A DNA stretch of 64,000 nucleotides from Mobula hypostoma (lineage: Eukaryota): contig NC_086108.1 in the NCBI RefSeq assembly GCF_963921235.1, positions 10,292,001 to 10,356,000 on the forward strand, in the 5' to 3' direction. Below, in pieces: positions 49,785-62,745 of the stretch (positions are counted from its first letter, which is position 1; each line of letters begins with the position of its first letter). The position numbers were made by a program, and so were the translations under genes. A model generated the notes under the pieces. It had not been told where the DNA came from and made no database searches. It was given only the letters and a program-made list of their open reading frames with translations.

Positions 49785-51035
49785 AGCCTCCGTAGTTTCC
49801 AAGACATCAGTAAGACGATGTCCATCATTAAGGACCCCCACCGCCCAGGACGTGCTCTCTTCTCATTGCTACCGCCAGGGAGGAGGTACAGCAATCTGAA
49901 GTCACACACTCCGTGATTCAGGAACAGCTTCTTTCCCTCTGCCATCCGATTTCTGAATGGACATTGAACCCATGAACACTACCTCACTACTTTTTTTTAA
50001 ATCTCTTTTTGTACTAATTTCATTTAACTATTTTATATATATATATGTTGTTACGAGAATACACATGAAATTAAGATGTTTGCTGGCCTGGGCTAGCATC
50101 AGTGGCATCAGCAGTTGGTCTGCCACCTGCCCTCAGGGGAAGGAGAGATAAGGAACAATGGAGCAGCGTCTGGAGATGTGTAATGAAGGGATGTGGGAGG
50201 AAGAGCTGTCTGGAGCGGCTCCCCCCTTTGAAGCCTGAACTGTTTGAAGTGATGGACAGGCGATACCCCAGCAGGGGGATAAAAAGGGACAGGTTCGCTA
50301 AGACAGACACACACGCCACCCGAGGTAACGAGACCCTGGAAGCGGTGCGCTTCTCACGAGTGGGTGAGAAGTCCCAGACAACGACAAGGGTGGAAAGGTA
50401 CGATCAGCGGGAACCCGGTGTGTGTCCGCCCTTGCCTGGGTGCCGGGTTCACTGCAGAGGATCGACCGCATCTGGAGGAGGGGTCACAGTCGGTGACCTC
50501 AGGTGACATCACCAAGGACCCGCCCAAAAGCTGTTTGTGAGCCATCTCGCTGGTCTGTGAGTGAAGCCGTTCTGAATGATGAGTTGTTCCTATTCTATCT
50601 CTCTCTTCCCCCACATTGTCCACCGCCATGGCAACGATTACTGCGAACTGAACTACTAAACTGGACTGAACTTTGAGTCATTTTGAAATTGGTCATTTAC
50701 CCCTAGACAACGATAGAGCTTGATTGATGCTGTTATCTTAATTCTGTGCACATGTGTGGTTATCATTGTTGAATTGTTGCATTTATTATCCTTTCGATTA
50801 CTGTGTTGCTTGTTTCTTTAATAAAACTTTCTTAGTTCTAGTACTCCAGACTCCAACTGAGTGATCCATTTCTGCTGGTTTGGCAACCCAGTTACGGGGT
50901 ACGTAACAATGTGTACGTACTGTAATTTACAGATTGTTTTATATTATCCTGCATTGCATCCTCATGCTGCTACAAAGACAACAAATTTCACAACATATGC
51001 CGATGATATTAAACCTGATTCTGATTCTGATTCTA
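49785..51035 (+). mobile_element. Rex1/Babar 3' fragment interrupted by a solo LTR
   Basis: SIIKDPHRPGRALFSLLP..FRNSFFP; the tail resumes after 50912 with (ctgatt)n. Confidence 0.8.
50049..50908 (+). mobile_element. Solo LTR related to the Gmr1-like LTRs
   Basis: Perfect TGTTACG...CGTAACA ends, TSD ATGT (50045-50048 / 50909-50912); similar to 6975-7803 from ~50225 onward. Confidence 0.93.
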
Positions 51036-51154
51036 AATAAAGCTTTCCTTGGAGAGACTCAGATTCTGAACATCACTCTGCCACAGCATCAACGCCCAAC
51101 CTCTGGTGAATGGTATTTAGATTATGCTCCTCCCATCTTATCATCTAACGTTCA

Positions 51155-51570
51155 TTGATCCATCACCAGAGACCCCCACCGCCCAGGTCATGCTCTCTTC
51201 TCACTGCTGCCATCAGGGAGAAGGTACAAGAGTCTCAGGACTCACACCACCAGGTTCAGGAACAGCTACTACCCCTCAACCATCAGGGTCTTGAAGCAAA
51301 GGTGATAACTTCAATCACTTGTCCATCCATTAGACGTTCCCACAACCAGTGATCTCACTTTAAGGACTCTTTATCTTATTATCTTATGGTCTAGTTATTT
51401 TTTGCTATTTATTTATATTTGCATTTGCACAGTTGTCTTCTGCACACTTTCATTAATCCTGTTATACTATTCTATAGATTTGTTGCGTATGCCCACAAGA
51501 AAATGAACCTCAGGGTTGTATATAGTAACATATGTCTAGCTTGATGATAAATTTTACTTTGAACTTTGAG
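51155..51570 (+). mobile_element. Rex1/Babar 3' fragment
   Basis: DPHRPGHALFSLLPSGRRYKSLRTHTTRFRNSYYP; (tttgaac)n tail. Confidence 0.85.
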
Positions 51571-51729
51571 CTTTAAAGTTTCTCCCTTTTATGTGGGCCA
51601 TGAACCAAATGATAATGGCCATTGTCAGTCAAGCACCCAGGACAAAGCTCATTACTGTGAGTCCTTCATAGTGGGAACTATCAGACTGCTGAGGGTCTGT
51701 GTGATTGTCTATATATGTACAATTGAATG

Positions 51730-51955
51730 TAAGACCATAAGATTGTGAGGTATAGGGGCAGAATTAGGTCATTTGGCCCATCAATCAGCCTTTTATCATG
51801 GCTGATCCATTTCCCTCTCAGCCCCAATCTCCTGTCTTCTCCCCGTATCCCTTCATGCCCTGACTGATGAAGAATCTAACAACTTCTTCTTCAAATATGC
51901 CCAATATAGCTGCCTGTGGAAACAAATTCCATAGATTCACCAATCTCTGGCTGAA
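51730..51955 (-). mobile_element. CR1 3' fragment
   Basis: FSQRLVNLWN..GMKGYGEK. Confidence 0.75.
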
Positions 51956-52274
51956 GGCAATGGGTGTGTGTGGGGCGGGGGGGGTTTGCTGTGTGTGTGT
52001 GTCTGTGTGTGAGAGACTGTGTGTGTCTGTGTGTGTGTGTGTGTGTGTGTGACTCTGCGTGTGTGTGTGTGTGTGTGTGACTCTGTGTGTGCCTGTGTGT
52101 GTTAGTGTGTCTCTGTTTGTGTTTGTGTGTGTGTGTGTGTGTGAGTGTGTGTGTGTATGCATTAGTGTGTCTGTGTGTGTGAGAGACAGTGTATGTCTCT
52201 GTGTGTTTGTGCATCTGCATGTGTGTGAGTGTGTGTATGAGAGAGATAATATGTGTGAGAGACCTCTGTGTGTG

Positions 52275-52305
<31 letters not shown>

Positions 52306-52382
52306 CTCTGTGTGTGTGAGAGAGACCCAGTGTGTGTGTGTCTGAGTGTGGTGTCTGTGTGTGTGAGTGGCTCTGTGTGTAT

Positions 52383-52800
52383 GGCCTTGGCCTTTTCTCC
52401 TTGGAGCGATGGAGGATGAGAGGTGACCTGATAGAGGTGTACAACATGATGAGAGGCATTGATTGTGTGGATAGTCAGAGGCTTTTTCCCAGGGCTGAAA
52501 TGGCTAACATGAGAGGGCACAGTTTTAAGGTGCTTGGAAGGAGGTACAGAGGGGATATCAGGGGTAGGTTTTATACACAGAGAGTGGTGAGTACGTGGAA
52601 TGGGCTGCCGGTGACAGTGGTAGAAGCGGATACGATAGGGTCTTTTAAGAGACTCCTGGATAGGTACACAGAGCTTAGAAAAATAGAGGGCTATGGGTAA
52701 CCCTGGGTAATTTCTAAAGTAAGGACATGTTTGGCACAGCTTTGTGGGTCAAAGGGCCTGTATTGTGCTGAAGGTTTTCTATGTTTCTATGTCTCTATGT
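52383..52800 (+). mobile_element. CR1 3' fragment inside the TG tract
   Basis: LGLFSLE..RGDLIEVY..RGHSFKV; (tctatgt)n tail. Confidence 0.9.
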
Positions 52801-54342
52801 ATCTGTGTGCGTGTGAGAGACTGTGCGTATGTGTGTCTGCGTGTGAGTGAGATTATGAGTGTGAGTGTGTGGGAGAGACTCTACATGTGACTCTGTGTGC
52901 ATGTGTGTGTGTGTGACTGTGTGTGTGCCTGTGTCTGTATGTCTCTGTGAGTGACTCTGTGTGTTTATGTATCTGTGTGAGTGTGTGTGTGTATGTGTGT
53001 CTGTGTGTGAATATCTGTGACAGCGCGTATGAGTGAGACTGTGTGAGTGTGAGTGTGTGTGTGTATGTGTGTCTGTGTGTGAATATCTGTGACAGCGCGT
53101 ATGAGTGAGACTGTGTGAGTGTGAGTGTGTGTGTCAGAGACTATGTGTGCAAGACACTGTGTTTGTGTGCGAGAGAGAGACTGTGTATCTGTGAGAGTGA
53201 GACAGTGTGTGAGTGATTCTGTGCGTGTGTGTGTGTATGTTTGTGTTAGGGTGTGGGGGTGACTCTGTGTGTGCGTGTGTCTGTTAATGTGTGTGTGCTT
53301 GTGTTAGTGTGTGTGAGTGAATCTGTGTATGCGTGTCTGTGTTAGTGTGTGTGTATTTCTGTTAGTGTGTGCATGTGTCAGTGAGTGTGAGTGCATATGA
53401 GAGAGAAACTGTGTGTATATGTGCATGTGCAAGTGTGTGGGTGACTCTGTGTGTGTTTGTGGTAGTGTGTGTGCAAGTCTGTGTATGTCTGTGAGGGATA
53501 GTGTGTGTGACTGTGAGTATGTGTGATAGAGAGATAGTGTGTGTGAGTGAATCTGTGTGTGTGTGTCTCTCAGTATGTGTGTCTGGGAGTGATTCTGTGT
53601 GTGTTTGTATCTACGTGTGTGAGGTGTCTCTGTGTGTGTGTATATATGAATGTCTGTGACAGGCAGTGTGTTTGAGTGAGACTGTGAGAGGGATAGTGTC
53701 TGTGAGAGACTGTGTGCAAGATTTTGTGTCTGTGTGTACGTGTGTGTGGTGTCTGTAAAAGAGAGATAGAGTGTATGTGATTCTGTGTGTGTGTGTGTGT
53801 CTCTGTCAGCGAGTGTGTGTTTCTGTTTGTGTGTGTGTCTGTATGTGAGTGTGTATGAGAGAGCGTGTGTGTGAGAGAGACTGTGTGTATATGTGTGTAT
53901 GCATGTGTGAGTAACTCTGTGTGTGTATTTATCTGTATATGTGTCTGAGTGAGTGTGTGTATGTGGGTGTGTCTGTGTGCATTAGTGACTGTGTGTGTGA
54001 GAGAGAGCGTGTGTGTCTTTGTGTGTGTATGAGTGTGTGCAAGACTCTGTGTCTGTGTGTATGAGTGACTGTGTGTGTGTGTGTGTGTGTGTGTGTCTTA
54101 CTGTTAGTGAATGTGTGTGTGAGTGACTGTGTGTGTGTGTGTCTGTGTGTATGAGTGACTGTGTGTGTGTGTGTGTTAGTGTGTGTATGTTTGTGTGTCT
54201 ATGTATGTGTGTGAGAGAGACTGTGTATGAGATAGAAAGACTGTGTGTGTGTGTGTGTGTGTGTGTGTGGCGTCTGTGTGTGTGTTAGAGACAGCATGTG
54301 TGAGAGACTCTGTGTATGTGTCTATGTACCTCTGTGTGTGTG

Positions 54343-55440
54343 AATCGAATTGACTTTATTTCTTACATCCTTCACATACATGAGGAATCAAAATTTTTAA
54401 ATGTGCAATGTGCAATCATGGTAATTTATAATAATTTATAATAAATAGAACAGTCAATGTAACACAGAAATACACTCAAATCAGTGTGAGTTCATCAGTC
54501 TGATGGCCTGTTGGAAGAAGCTGTCCCGGAGCCTGTTGGTCCTGGCTTTTATGCTGGGGTACCGTTTCCCGGATGGCAGCAGCTGGAACAGTTTGTGGTT
54601 GTGGTGACTCAGGTCCCCAGTGATCCCACGGGCCCTTTTTCACACCTGTCTTTGTAAATGTCCTGAATCATGGGAAGTTCACAACTACAGATGCACTGGG
54701 CTGTCCGCACCACTCTGCGGAATCCTGCGATTAAGTGAGATACAGTTTCCGTACCAGGCAGTGATGCAGCCAGTCACGATGCTCTCAATTGTGCCCCTGT
54801 AGAAAGTTCTTAGGATTTGGAGGCCCATACAAAACTTCCTCAACTGTCTGAGGTGAAAGTGGCGCTGTTGTGGCTTTTTCACCGCACAGCTGGTGTGTAC
54901 AGACCACGTGAGATCCTCAGTGACGTGGATGCTGAGGAGCTTAAAGCTGTTTACCCTCTCAACCTCAGATTCATTGATGTTAATAGGGGTTAGCCCATCT
55001 CCATTCCTCCTGTAATCCACAACCAACTCCTTTGTTTTCGCGACATTGAAAGAAAGGTTGTTTTCTTGATACCGCTGTGTCAGAAAGATGTCTTTTTCCG
55101 ATAGGCCACCTCATTATTGTTTTAGATTAGGCCAATCAACGTAGTGTCATCGGCAAATTTAATAAGCAGATTAGAGCTGTGGGTGGTGATACAGTCATGG
55201 GTATACAGGGAGAAAAGGATAGGGCTTAGGACACAGCCCTGAGGGGCACCTGTGTGAGAGTAAGAGGGGTGGAGGTGAGAGAGCCCACTCTTATCACCTG
55301 CCGTCGTTCTGACAGGAAGTCCAGGATCCATCTGCACAAGGCCGAGGTCTCTGAGCATCCTGTCAAGCCTGGATGGAATTATGGTGTTGAATGCTGAACT
55401 GTAGAAGAACAGCATTCTCACATCAGCATTCTTCTTCCGT
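54343..55440 (-). mobile_element. Rex1/Babar LINE RT fragment
   Basis: [36 protein letters not shown]. Confidence 0.9.
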
Positions 55441-56654
55441 GAGGTGCCTGTGTGTGTGTGAGACAGACTCTCTGAGTATATGTCTGTGTGTGTGTGTGTG
55501 TGAGAGACAGTGTGAGTGACTCTGTGTGTGTATTAGTGTGTATGTGTGTGCTTCTGTTAGTGTGTGTGTGTGTGAGAGACAGTGTGAGGGTATGTGTGTC
55601 TGTGTGTGTTAGTGACTCCGTGTATGTGTGTGTTACTGTGTCTGTGTGTGTGTGAGTGAGTGTGTGTGTGTGTGCGTGAGAGTGTGTCTGAGTGTGTGAG
55701 TGTGTGTGAGTGTGTGTGTGTGTGTGAGAGTGAGTGTGTGTGTGTGTGTGAGTGGGTGTGTGTGTGTGAGTGAGTGTGTGTGTGTGTGAGTGTGTGCGTG
55801 TGTGTGTGCGTGAGAGTGTGTGTGAGTGAGTGTGTGTGTGTGTGAGTGTGTGTGTGTGAGTGAGTGTGTGTGAGTGTGTGTGTGTGTGAGTGAGAGTGTG
55901 TGTGAGTGTGTGTGTGTGTGAGTGAGTGTGTGTGTGAGAGGGAGCTAGAGACTCTGTGTGTGTGTGTGTGCGCGTGAGAGTGTGTGTGAGTGTGTGTGTG
56001 TGTGAGTGAGTGTGTGTGTGTGTGAGAGGGAGCTAGAGACTCTGTGTGTCTGTGTGTGTTGGAATGTTTATCACAGCTCAGCCTGTTCCTGCCTTCACCC
56101 ACTCAGTCAGTTAGGTGCCACTACTCAGAAAGCAACACCTTGGGGTTGTCGGTGTGGAATATTTCCCGAAGGGCAAAGTGTGGTGAACCATTCACAGGGT
56201 GCGGGGCTGATGGGGGGGGCAGCATCTCTGCGGGCTCCTCCATCTCCTGTGAGCAGTGAAACTGACAGCAATGCCAGTGTCCATGTCTCTCGAGGGGGCT
56301 CGGGAGCTGATCCTGCTGCAACCCATCTCCGGCTGCTCAGGGGTTTCCTTGGAGCCCAAACATGGAGAAACCGACATTTGACTAAGCATTTTTACCAGCA
56401 GTCAGTTTCGCTCCAAGCTTATCTGAATAAAAAAATATAGCAATAAAATTGTTAAATGCTTAATGTGCCTGATATTGGATCCTGTTGTTGGGCACTAAAT
56501 CTTTAGGCTTAATGTGATTTTAAGTTTGCACAAGGAGTAACTACTAGGTGAGAAACTGATCCAACATCTTTTACAATCATAGCGTCTCACAGTCCTGCCT
56601 TCGGAGTATTAATCTAATCTAAAAAAGGACAAGCTCATTACAAAGATCCTTCAG

Positions 56655-56935
56655 GAGGATCACAGGCTTGTTGTGGTTCAGAGGTCTGCGTGCCTTAATG
56701 ACCCGGAGAGCTATGCTGGCTGGAGTCACGGTCTTGTGCTTTGGCTCATGATAGGGTCACCCATGCCAAACAGGTCAAAGGTTAGAGGCCAGACTGAGAG
56801 TCGTCCACCAGTACTTCAGGTTCGGAGGCTCGGCTCAGGCTGACAACTCTGACTGGTAAAACAAAATTGAACACCGCCAGAGATGGAGGACCTTCATTGC
56901 TGCCCTGAATGCCAACGGCATAACAGGCAGTAAAT
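56655..56935 (+). mobile_element. Bipartite RTE-derived non-autonomous element (5' UTR joined to 3' end)
   Basis: Expander/RTE-like leader (gagctatgct..agggtcacccatgccaaacaggtc) fused to WRTFIAALNA..GSK. Confidence 0.55.
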
Positions 56936-56950
56936 ACGTATTCCAAAAAT

Positions 56951-57100
56951 AGGGGTATCGTGAAAGTGCAGCGGTTAGCATAACGCTATTACGACTCCAG
57001 CGGCCTGGGTTCGATTCCCGCCACGGCCTGTGAGGAGTTTGTATATTCTCCCCATGACCGCATGGGTTTCCTCCGGGCTCTCTGGTTCCCTCCCACGTTC
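56951..57100 (+). mobile_element. tRNA-derived V-SINE, 3'-truncated
   Basis: Box B GGTTCGATTCC and V-domain TGGGTTTCCTCCGGG. Confidence 0.75.
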
Positions 57101-57104
57101 ATGG

Positions 57105-57355
57105 GTTAAGGGGGAAAGGTGGAAGGTTTCAGGGGAACATGAGGGGAAGCTTCTTCACTGTGCGGACGGTGAGAGCGTGGAACGAGCTGCCAGTGCAAGT
57201 GGTGCACGCGAGCTCGATTTCCACTCTTAAGAGACGTTTGGATAGGTACATGGTAAGGATATGGAGAGCAATGGTCCCAGTGCAGGTCGATGGTTTTAGC
57301 ACGGAGAGTTGGGCTGAATGGCCTGTTTCTGCGCTGTACTGTTCTGTGACTATAT
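57105..57355 (+). mobile_element. CR1 3' fragment
   Basis: RGSFFT..VRAWNELP..RRLDRYM. Confidence 0.8.
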
Positions 57356-57644
57356 AACTCTATTCCTAAGATATTGGTCACACAGGCGTGGGCTCATTGG
57401 GCCAGGAGGTTCTGTTACCATGAGGTTTCTCGATATAAAAAGTAATTGTAGGAATGTACAGCACTGACTTGCTGATGGGCTGCACCACTGCAAGTTGGGA
57501 TAAGATGTACATGAACGCTTTGGTGAAGTGGGTCACTTGGTCAGGGAAGAATGTCTGGGTAAGCTCAAAACCTGATCCTGGAGACACGTTCAGCCACATT
57601 CATTCTTTTTCTAGCTATGACTATTTATATAACAGAGGTGCAAA

Positions 57645-58330
57645 GGGACTTGTGAGTCGTCATGCAGCATTCCCTGAAGGTTAACTTGCAGGTTGAGTCA
57701 GTGGTGAGGAAGGCAAATGCCATGTTAGCATTCATTTTGAGAGGACTAGAATATAAAATCAAGGATGTAATGTTAAGGCTTTATAAGGCACTGGTGAGGT
57801 CTCACTTAGTGTATTGTGAGCAGTTTTGGGCCCTTTATCTTAGAAACGAGTTGCTGAAACTGGAGACGGTTCAGAAGAGGTTCACGAAAATGATTCCAGG
57901 ATTGATCGGCTTGTCATATGAAGAGTGTTTGATAGCTCTGGGCTGGTACCCACTGAAGTTTAAAAGAATGACGGGGGAATTGGAAACTATCAAATATTGA
58001 AGTGCCTATACAGAGTGGATATGGCAAGGATGGTTCTTATATTGGGGGAGTTTGGGACCAGAGGGCACAGCCTCAGAAAAGAAGGACACTAGAGATGAGG
58101 AGGAATTTCTTTAGCCTAAGGGTGGTATATCTGTGAAATCCATTGCCACAAGTGGCTGTGAAGGGCTAGTCATTGGGTATATTTAAAGCAGAGGCTGATA
58201 GGTTCTTGATTCGTAAGGGTGTCATAGGTTATGTGGAGAAGGCAGGAGGATGAGGTCAAAGAGAGAATGGAAAGACAGGACAGACATGATGGGCTGAATG
58301 GCTTTATTCTACTCCTATGTCTTTTGGTAT
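57645..58330 (+). mobile_element. CR1 3' fragment
   Basis: KANAMLAFI..LYKALVRSHL..QKRFTKMIPG. Confidence 0.88.
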
Positions 58331-58924
58331 TGCGTGGCCACAACAGGATGCTTATATAAAATTGTATGCAACAGCTTCAATTGCCTTTGACTGCAGAGGG
58401 AATTTAAATGGCAAATCTCGACTCTCATATAGTCTAAGATGGAGATGGAAAGGAAGCCAGTTCCCTGGTGAAATGAATTGGAATACACTCTGAAAGATCA
58501 CATTTCCCAGTCAGTCAGCATATCCATCCTTCAGCTGAAAGCAATATTCATTAGATTTCTATTTTTACAGGGAGCTGGGCTGTCAACAAATGGCCTATAA
58601 TGTGAACCCATCACACAGCTGCTATTGATTACTTAAGCACTGAAGGTTGTACTGAGAGGCTACCATTCTTTTTCCAACCACACTACATCACACAGTCTCT
58701 CGTGTTAAATGGTTAGCTGTTGGCAAGCTCCCATTTAATACCACAGTTCGCTCTGTTCATCTTGTTGGATATTTAGAGAGTTGAATATGGCTTCATCAAA
58801 CATGAGGCAAAGATGAATTTTCTGGCGAGCCTGCAGAAAGGGAATGAACATAATGGACTATCTCAATAAAATAATCGACCATTTGTCTATCATTGACCCA
58901 GAATGTCAGCTGTCTCTGCTGCAG

Positions 58925-59135
58925 CAAGCAATCTGCTGCAAGAACTCAGCGGGTCGAGCAGCATCCGTGGGAGGAAAGGAATTGTCGATGTTTCGGGTTG
59001 AAATTTGCAATCAGGTCTTCACTCCTGCAGCCTGATGCAGGGCTTGAACACAGCCGTCCCTTCGAAGATGCTGCTCAGTCTGCTGAACTCCTCCAGATCT
59101 GAATTGTTGCTCCAGATTTCCAGCATCTGCTGTCT
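58925..59135. mobile_element. Palindromic Penelope-tail element with back-to-back decayed hammerheads
   Basis: gaactcagc..gcagcatc inverted to gatgctgc..gctgaactc; central gatgtttcgggt..atcagg and cctgatgcagggc. Confidence 0.5.
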
Positions 59136-59244
59136 TTCATTAGGAGTTTGAGGAGATCTGGTATGGCACCAAAGAAGTTAGCAAATTTCTACAGATGTAC
59201 CATGCAGAGCATTTAGACTGCTTGAATCTCAGCCTGGTCTGGAG

Positions 59245-59600
59245 CCATAAGACCATGAGATATAGGAACAGAGTTAGGCCATTTGGCCCATCGAGTCTGT
59301 TCCCCACTTCATCACGGCTGATCCATTTCCCTCTCAGCTCCAATCTCCTGCCTCTGCAGCTGTCTAAGGCAACTAATTCCACAGATTCACCGCTCTCTGG
59401 CTAAAGAAATTCCTCCTCATCTCCATTCTAAATGGCCATCCCTCTATTCTGAGGCTGCATCCTCTGGTCCTAGCCTGTCCTACTATAGCAAACATCATCA
59501 ACTCCATCGAGACCTTTCAACATTCAATAGGTTTCGATGAGATACCTCCTCATACTTCTGAATTCCAGTGTGAAAAGGCCCAGAGCCATCAAAGGCTCTT
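59245..59600 (-). mobile_element. CR1 3' fragment inserted in a Rex-type remnant
   Basis: Tail ccataagacc..ggccatttggcccatc; Rex-like sequence on both sides. Confidence 0.7.
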
Positions 59601-59829
59601 CCAATGCACAGAATTGCAAGAAGCCTTGGAGTGTAATAGACTCAGCCAGGTCTGCCAGGTCCAACCTTCCCCACCATTGAGGACATCTTCAAGAAGGTGG
59701 CACCCATCACTAAGGACCCTCTTCTTCTACCATCAAGGAGGAGGTACGGGAGCCCGAAGACACACATTCAATGATTCAGGAACACCTGCTTCCCCCTCTG
59801 AATGGTCCATGAACACAGCCTCATTATCT

Positions 59830-60240
59830 CTACAAGTGACCAAAGTGCTACACCTGTCTATTCACTTTCCTCACCTCCATTCAAAGCCCCAAACGTCAGG
59901 TGAGGCAACACTTCGCCTGCAAATCTGCTGGGGTTTCTCCGTTGGAGAGTTGTTGCAAACTGGGGGACCGCTTCATCGAGTACCTCCGCTAAATCGCCAA
60001 AAGCAGAACTTTCTGGCGGCCAAACATTTTATTCCGATTCACATTCCCTGAGGGTGGAGTAACAACACCTCTGTCTGGGTAGACGCCAACCTGATGGCAT
60101 GAATATCGATTTCTCCTTCTGGTAAAAAATAATTCCCTCCCCCTCCTCGCTTCCTCTATTCCCCATTCTGGCCTCTTTACCTCTTCTCACCTCCCTATCA
60201 CCTCCCTCCAGTACCCCTACTCTTTCCCTTTCTCCTATGG
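59830..60240 (+). mobile_element. Penelope-like fragment
   Basis: Similar to 49220-49575 and 34090-34400. Confidence 0.65.
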
Positions 60241-62245
60241 ATGTGTAGTGGAGGGTATACTGACTGGCTACATTCAGCTTGGTATGGTAACACCAGTCTT
60301 ACAAAAGGTAGCAGATTTGGCTCAGTGTATTGAGTGTAAAGACCCCCCAACCATTGAGAACATCTACGTGAAACACTGCGGTAGGAAAGCAACATCACTC
60401 ATCAGAGATCCCCAGCACCCAGCTCACGCTCTCTTCTCACTGCTGCCATCACGTAGAAGGTACAAGAGCCTCAGGACTCACACCAGCAGATTCAAGAACA
60501 GTTACTACCCCTCAACCGTCAGGCTCTTGAACCAAAGGGGATAACTTCACTTGCCCCATCATTGAAATGTTTCCACAACCAATGATCTCACTTTGTGGAT
60601 TCTTTATCTCATTATCTCATGTTCTCGTTATTTATTGCTATTTATTTATATTTGCATTTGCACTGTTCGTTGTCTGCTGCAATCTGGTAAATTTTCCTTT
60701 GATTCTGTTATAGTTACTATTTCAGTCATAGAGTCATAGAAAAGTACAGCACAGAAGCAGGCCCTTCAGCCAATCTAGTCCATGCTGAAACCATTTAAAC
60801 TCCCCTTGACCTGCACCGGGACCATAGCCCTCTATAGCCCTCCATACCCCTACTGTCCTTGTACCTATCCAAACTTCTCTTAAGTGTTGAAATCGAGCTC
60901 GCATGCACCACTTGCACTGGCAGCTCATTCTACACTCTCACAACCCTCTGAGTGAAGAAGCTTCCCCTCGTGTTCCCCTTAAACATTTCACCTTTCACTC
61001 CTAACCCATGACCTCTGCTTGTAGTCCCACCCACCCTCAGTGGGAAAAGCCTGCTTGCATTTACCCTCTCTATAACTTTCATAATTGTGTATCCCTCTAT
61101 CAAATCTCCTGCCAATCTTGTACATTCTGAAGAATGCAATCCTAACCTATTCGATCTTTCCTTATAACTCAGGGTATCCAGAACCGGCAACATTCTTGTA
61201 AATTTTCTCTTTACTATTTCAACCTTGTTTACATCTTTCCTGTAGGTAGCTGAACAAAACTGCACACAATACTCCAAGTTCGGCCTCACCAATGTCTTAT
61301 ACAACTTCAACATACCATCTCATCTTCTGTACTCAATACACTGATACGAAGACTAATGTGCCAAAAGCTCTCTTTATGACCCTACCTACCCGTGACGCCA
61401 CTTTCAGTGAATTATGTACCTGTATTCCCATATCTCTGAGTTCTATCACACTCCTCAGTGCCCTACCATTCACTGTGTAAGACCTATCCTGGTTGGTCTT
61501 ACTGAAGTGAAAAACTTTGCACTTGTCTGCATTAAATTCCATCTGTCATTTTTCAGCCCATTTTTCCAGCTGGTGCAGATCCCTCTGCAAGCCATGGTAG
61601 CCTTCCACACCCCCAATCTTGGAGCCATCTGCACGTTTTCTGATCCAGTTTACTACATTACCATCCAGATCATTGATATAAATGACAAACAACAAAGGAC
61701 CCAGCACTGATCCCTGCAGCACACCACTAGTCACAGGCCTCCAGTCAGAGAGGCAACCCTCCACGACCAATCTCTGGCTTCTCCCACAAAGCCAATGTCT
61801 GATACAATTTACTACCTCATCTTGAGTGCCGAGCAGCTGAAGCTTTCTGACCTTACTTCCCATGTGGGACCTTGTCAGAAGCCTTACTAAAGTCCATGTA
61901 GACTACCTCCACTGCCTTGCCTTCATCCACTTTCCTAGTAACTTCCTACAAAAACTCTATAAGATGAGTTAGACATGACCTACCATGCACAAAGCCATGC
62001 TGACTATTCTTAATCAGTCCAAATACTTATATATCCTATCCCTTGGAATACCTTCCAATATCTTTCCCACAAATGAGGTCAGACCCATCAGCCTATAGTT
62101 TCCTGGTTTCTGTTTTTAGCCTTTTTTAAACAGTGGAGCAACAAAATCTATTCCATAGATTTGTTGACTATAACCACAAGAAAATGAATCTCAGGGTTGC
62201 TGTATTTGGTGATATATATGTACTTTGATAATAAATTTACATTGA
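60240..62245 (+). mobile_element. Rex1/Babar 3' fragment split by a CR1 (pieces 60240-60722 and 62148-62245)
   Basis: DPQHPAHALFSLLPSRRRYKSLRTHTSRFKNSYYP; the tail resumes at ctattccatagat. Confidence 0.8.
60725..62147 (-). mobile_element. CR1 RT fragment and 3' end
   Basis: [30 protein letters not shown]. Confidence 0.9.
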
Positions 62246-62745
62246 TCTTCAAAACTGAGGAGAATGGAGGAGGTTTTAACGGGAATGCAGAACACACATG
62301 GGAGAGAAAAACGAGGGGAAGAAAATGACCAGGGAGTGGGACAGGAAAAATGGCACAGAACAGAAGGGCCAAAGAGCCTGTTCCTGAGCAGTAAATGCAC
62401 TGCAATTGATTTCTGTGTGCGCTTGCCATCTGGCTACACGAGAGGTGGCTTTTGTCAACACTGTCTGATCATCTGCACCAACAGCATTCACACTTTTGAT
62501 CAGTTACAGGCTGCTTGTGTCAGCTAGGATTTCTTCTGGCATGGAACACTTCAAATGTGTTGAGCTGTTTAGATGTCTGGATCAGAGCAGTGGCGGTTAC
62601 TCGATTTCCTCGTTACCAGCTTGGAAGCTCAGCCCCAGTGGATGAATCTGCCCCTGTAATCCCTGCACAGAGCTCTCCACAACTCCACATCCACAGTGAG
62701 GTATTGTGTGCAATTCTGGTCTCCTACCTACAGGAAAGAGGTAAT

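Larger units (their letters stand above)
51963..56060. repeat. Compound TG/GA-rich simple-sequence tract containing two LINE fragments
   Basis: Direct observation. Confidence 0.95.

Noticed and set aside
51818..56102. His/Thr- and Cys/Val-rich ORFs
   Set aside because: Translations of (CA)/(TG) repeats.
56951..57025. tRNA gene
   Set aside because: It continues into a V-domain and has no clean cloverleaf, so it is a SINE head.
58561..58600. Plus-strand terminal exon GAGLSTNGL* after atttttacag
   Set aside because: Too short, and no upstream partner exon was identified.
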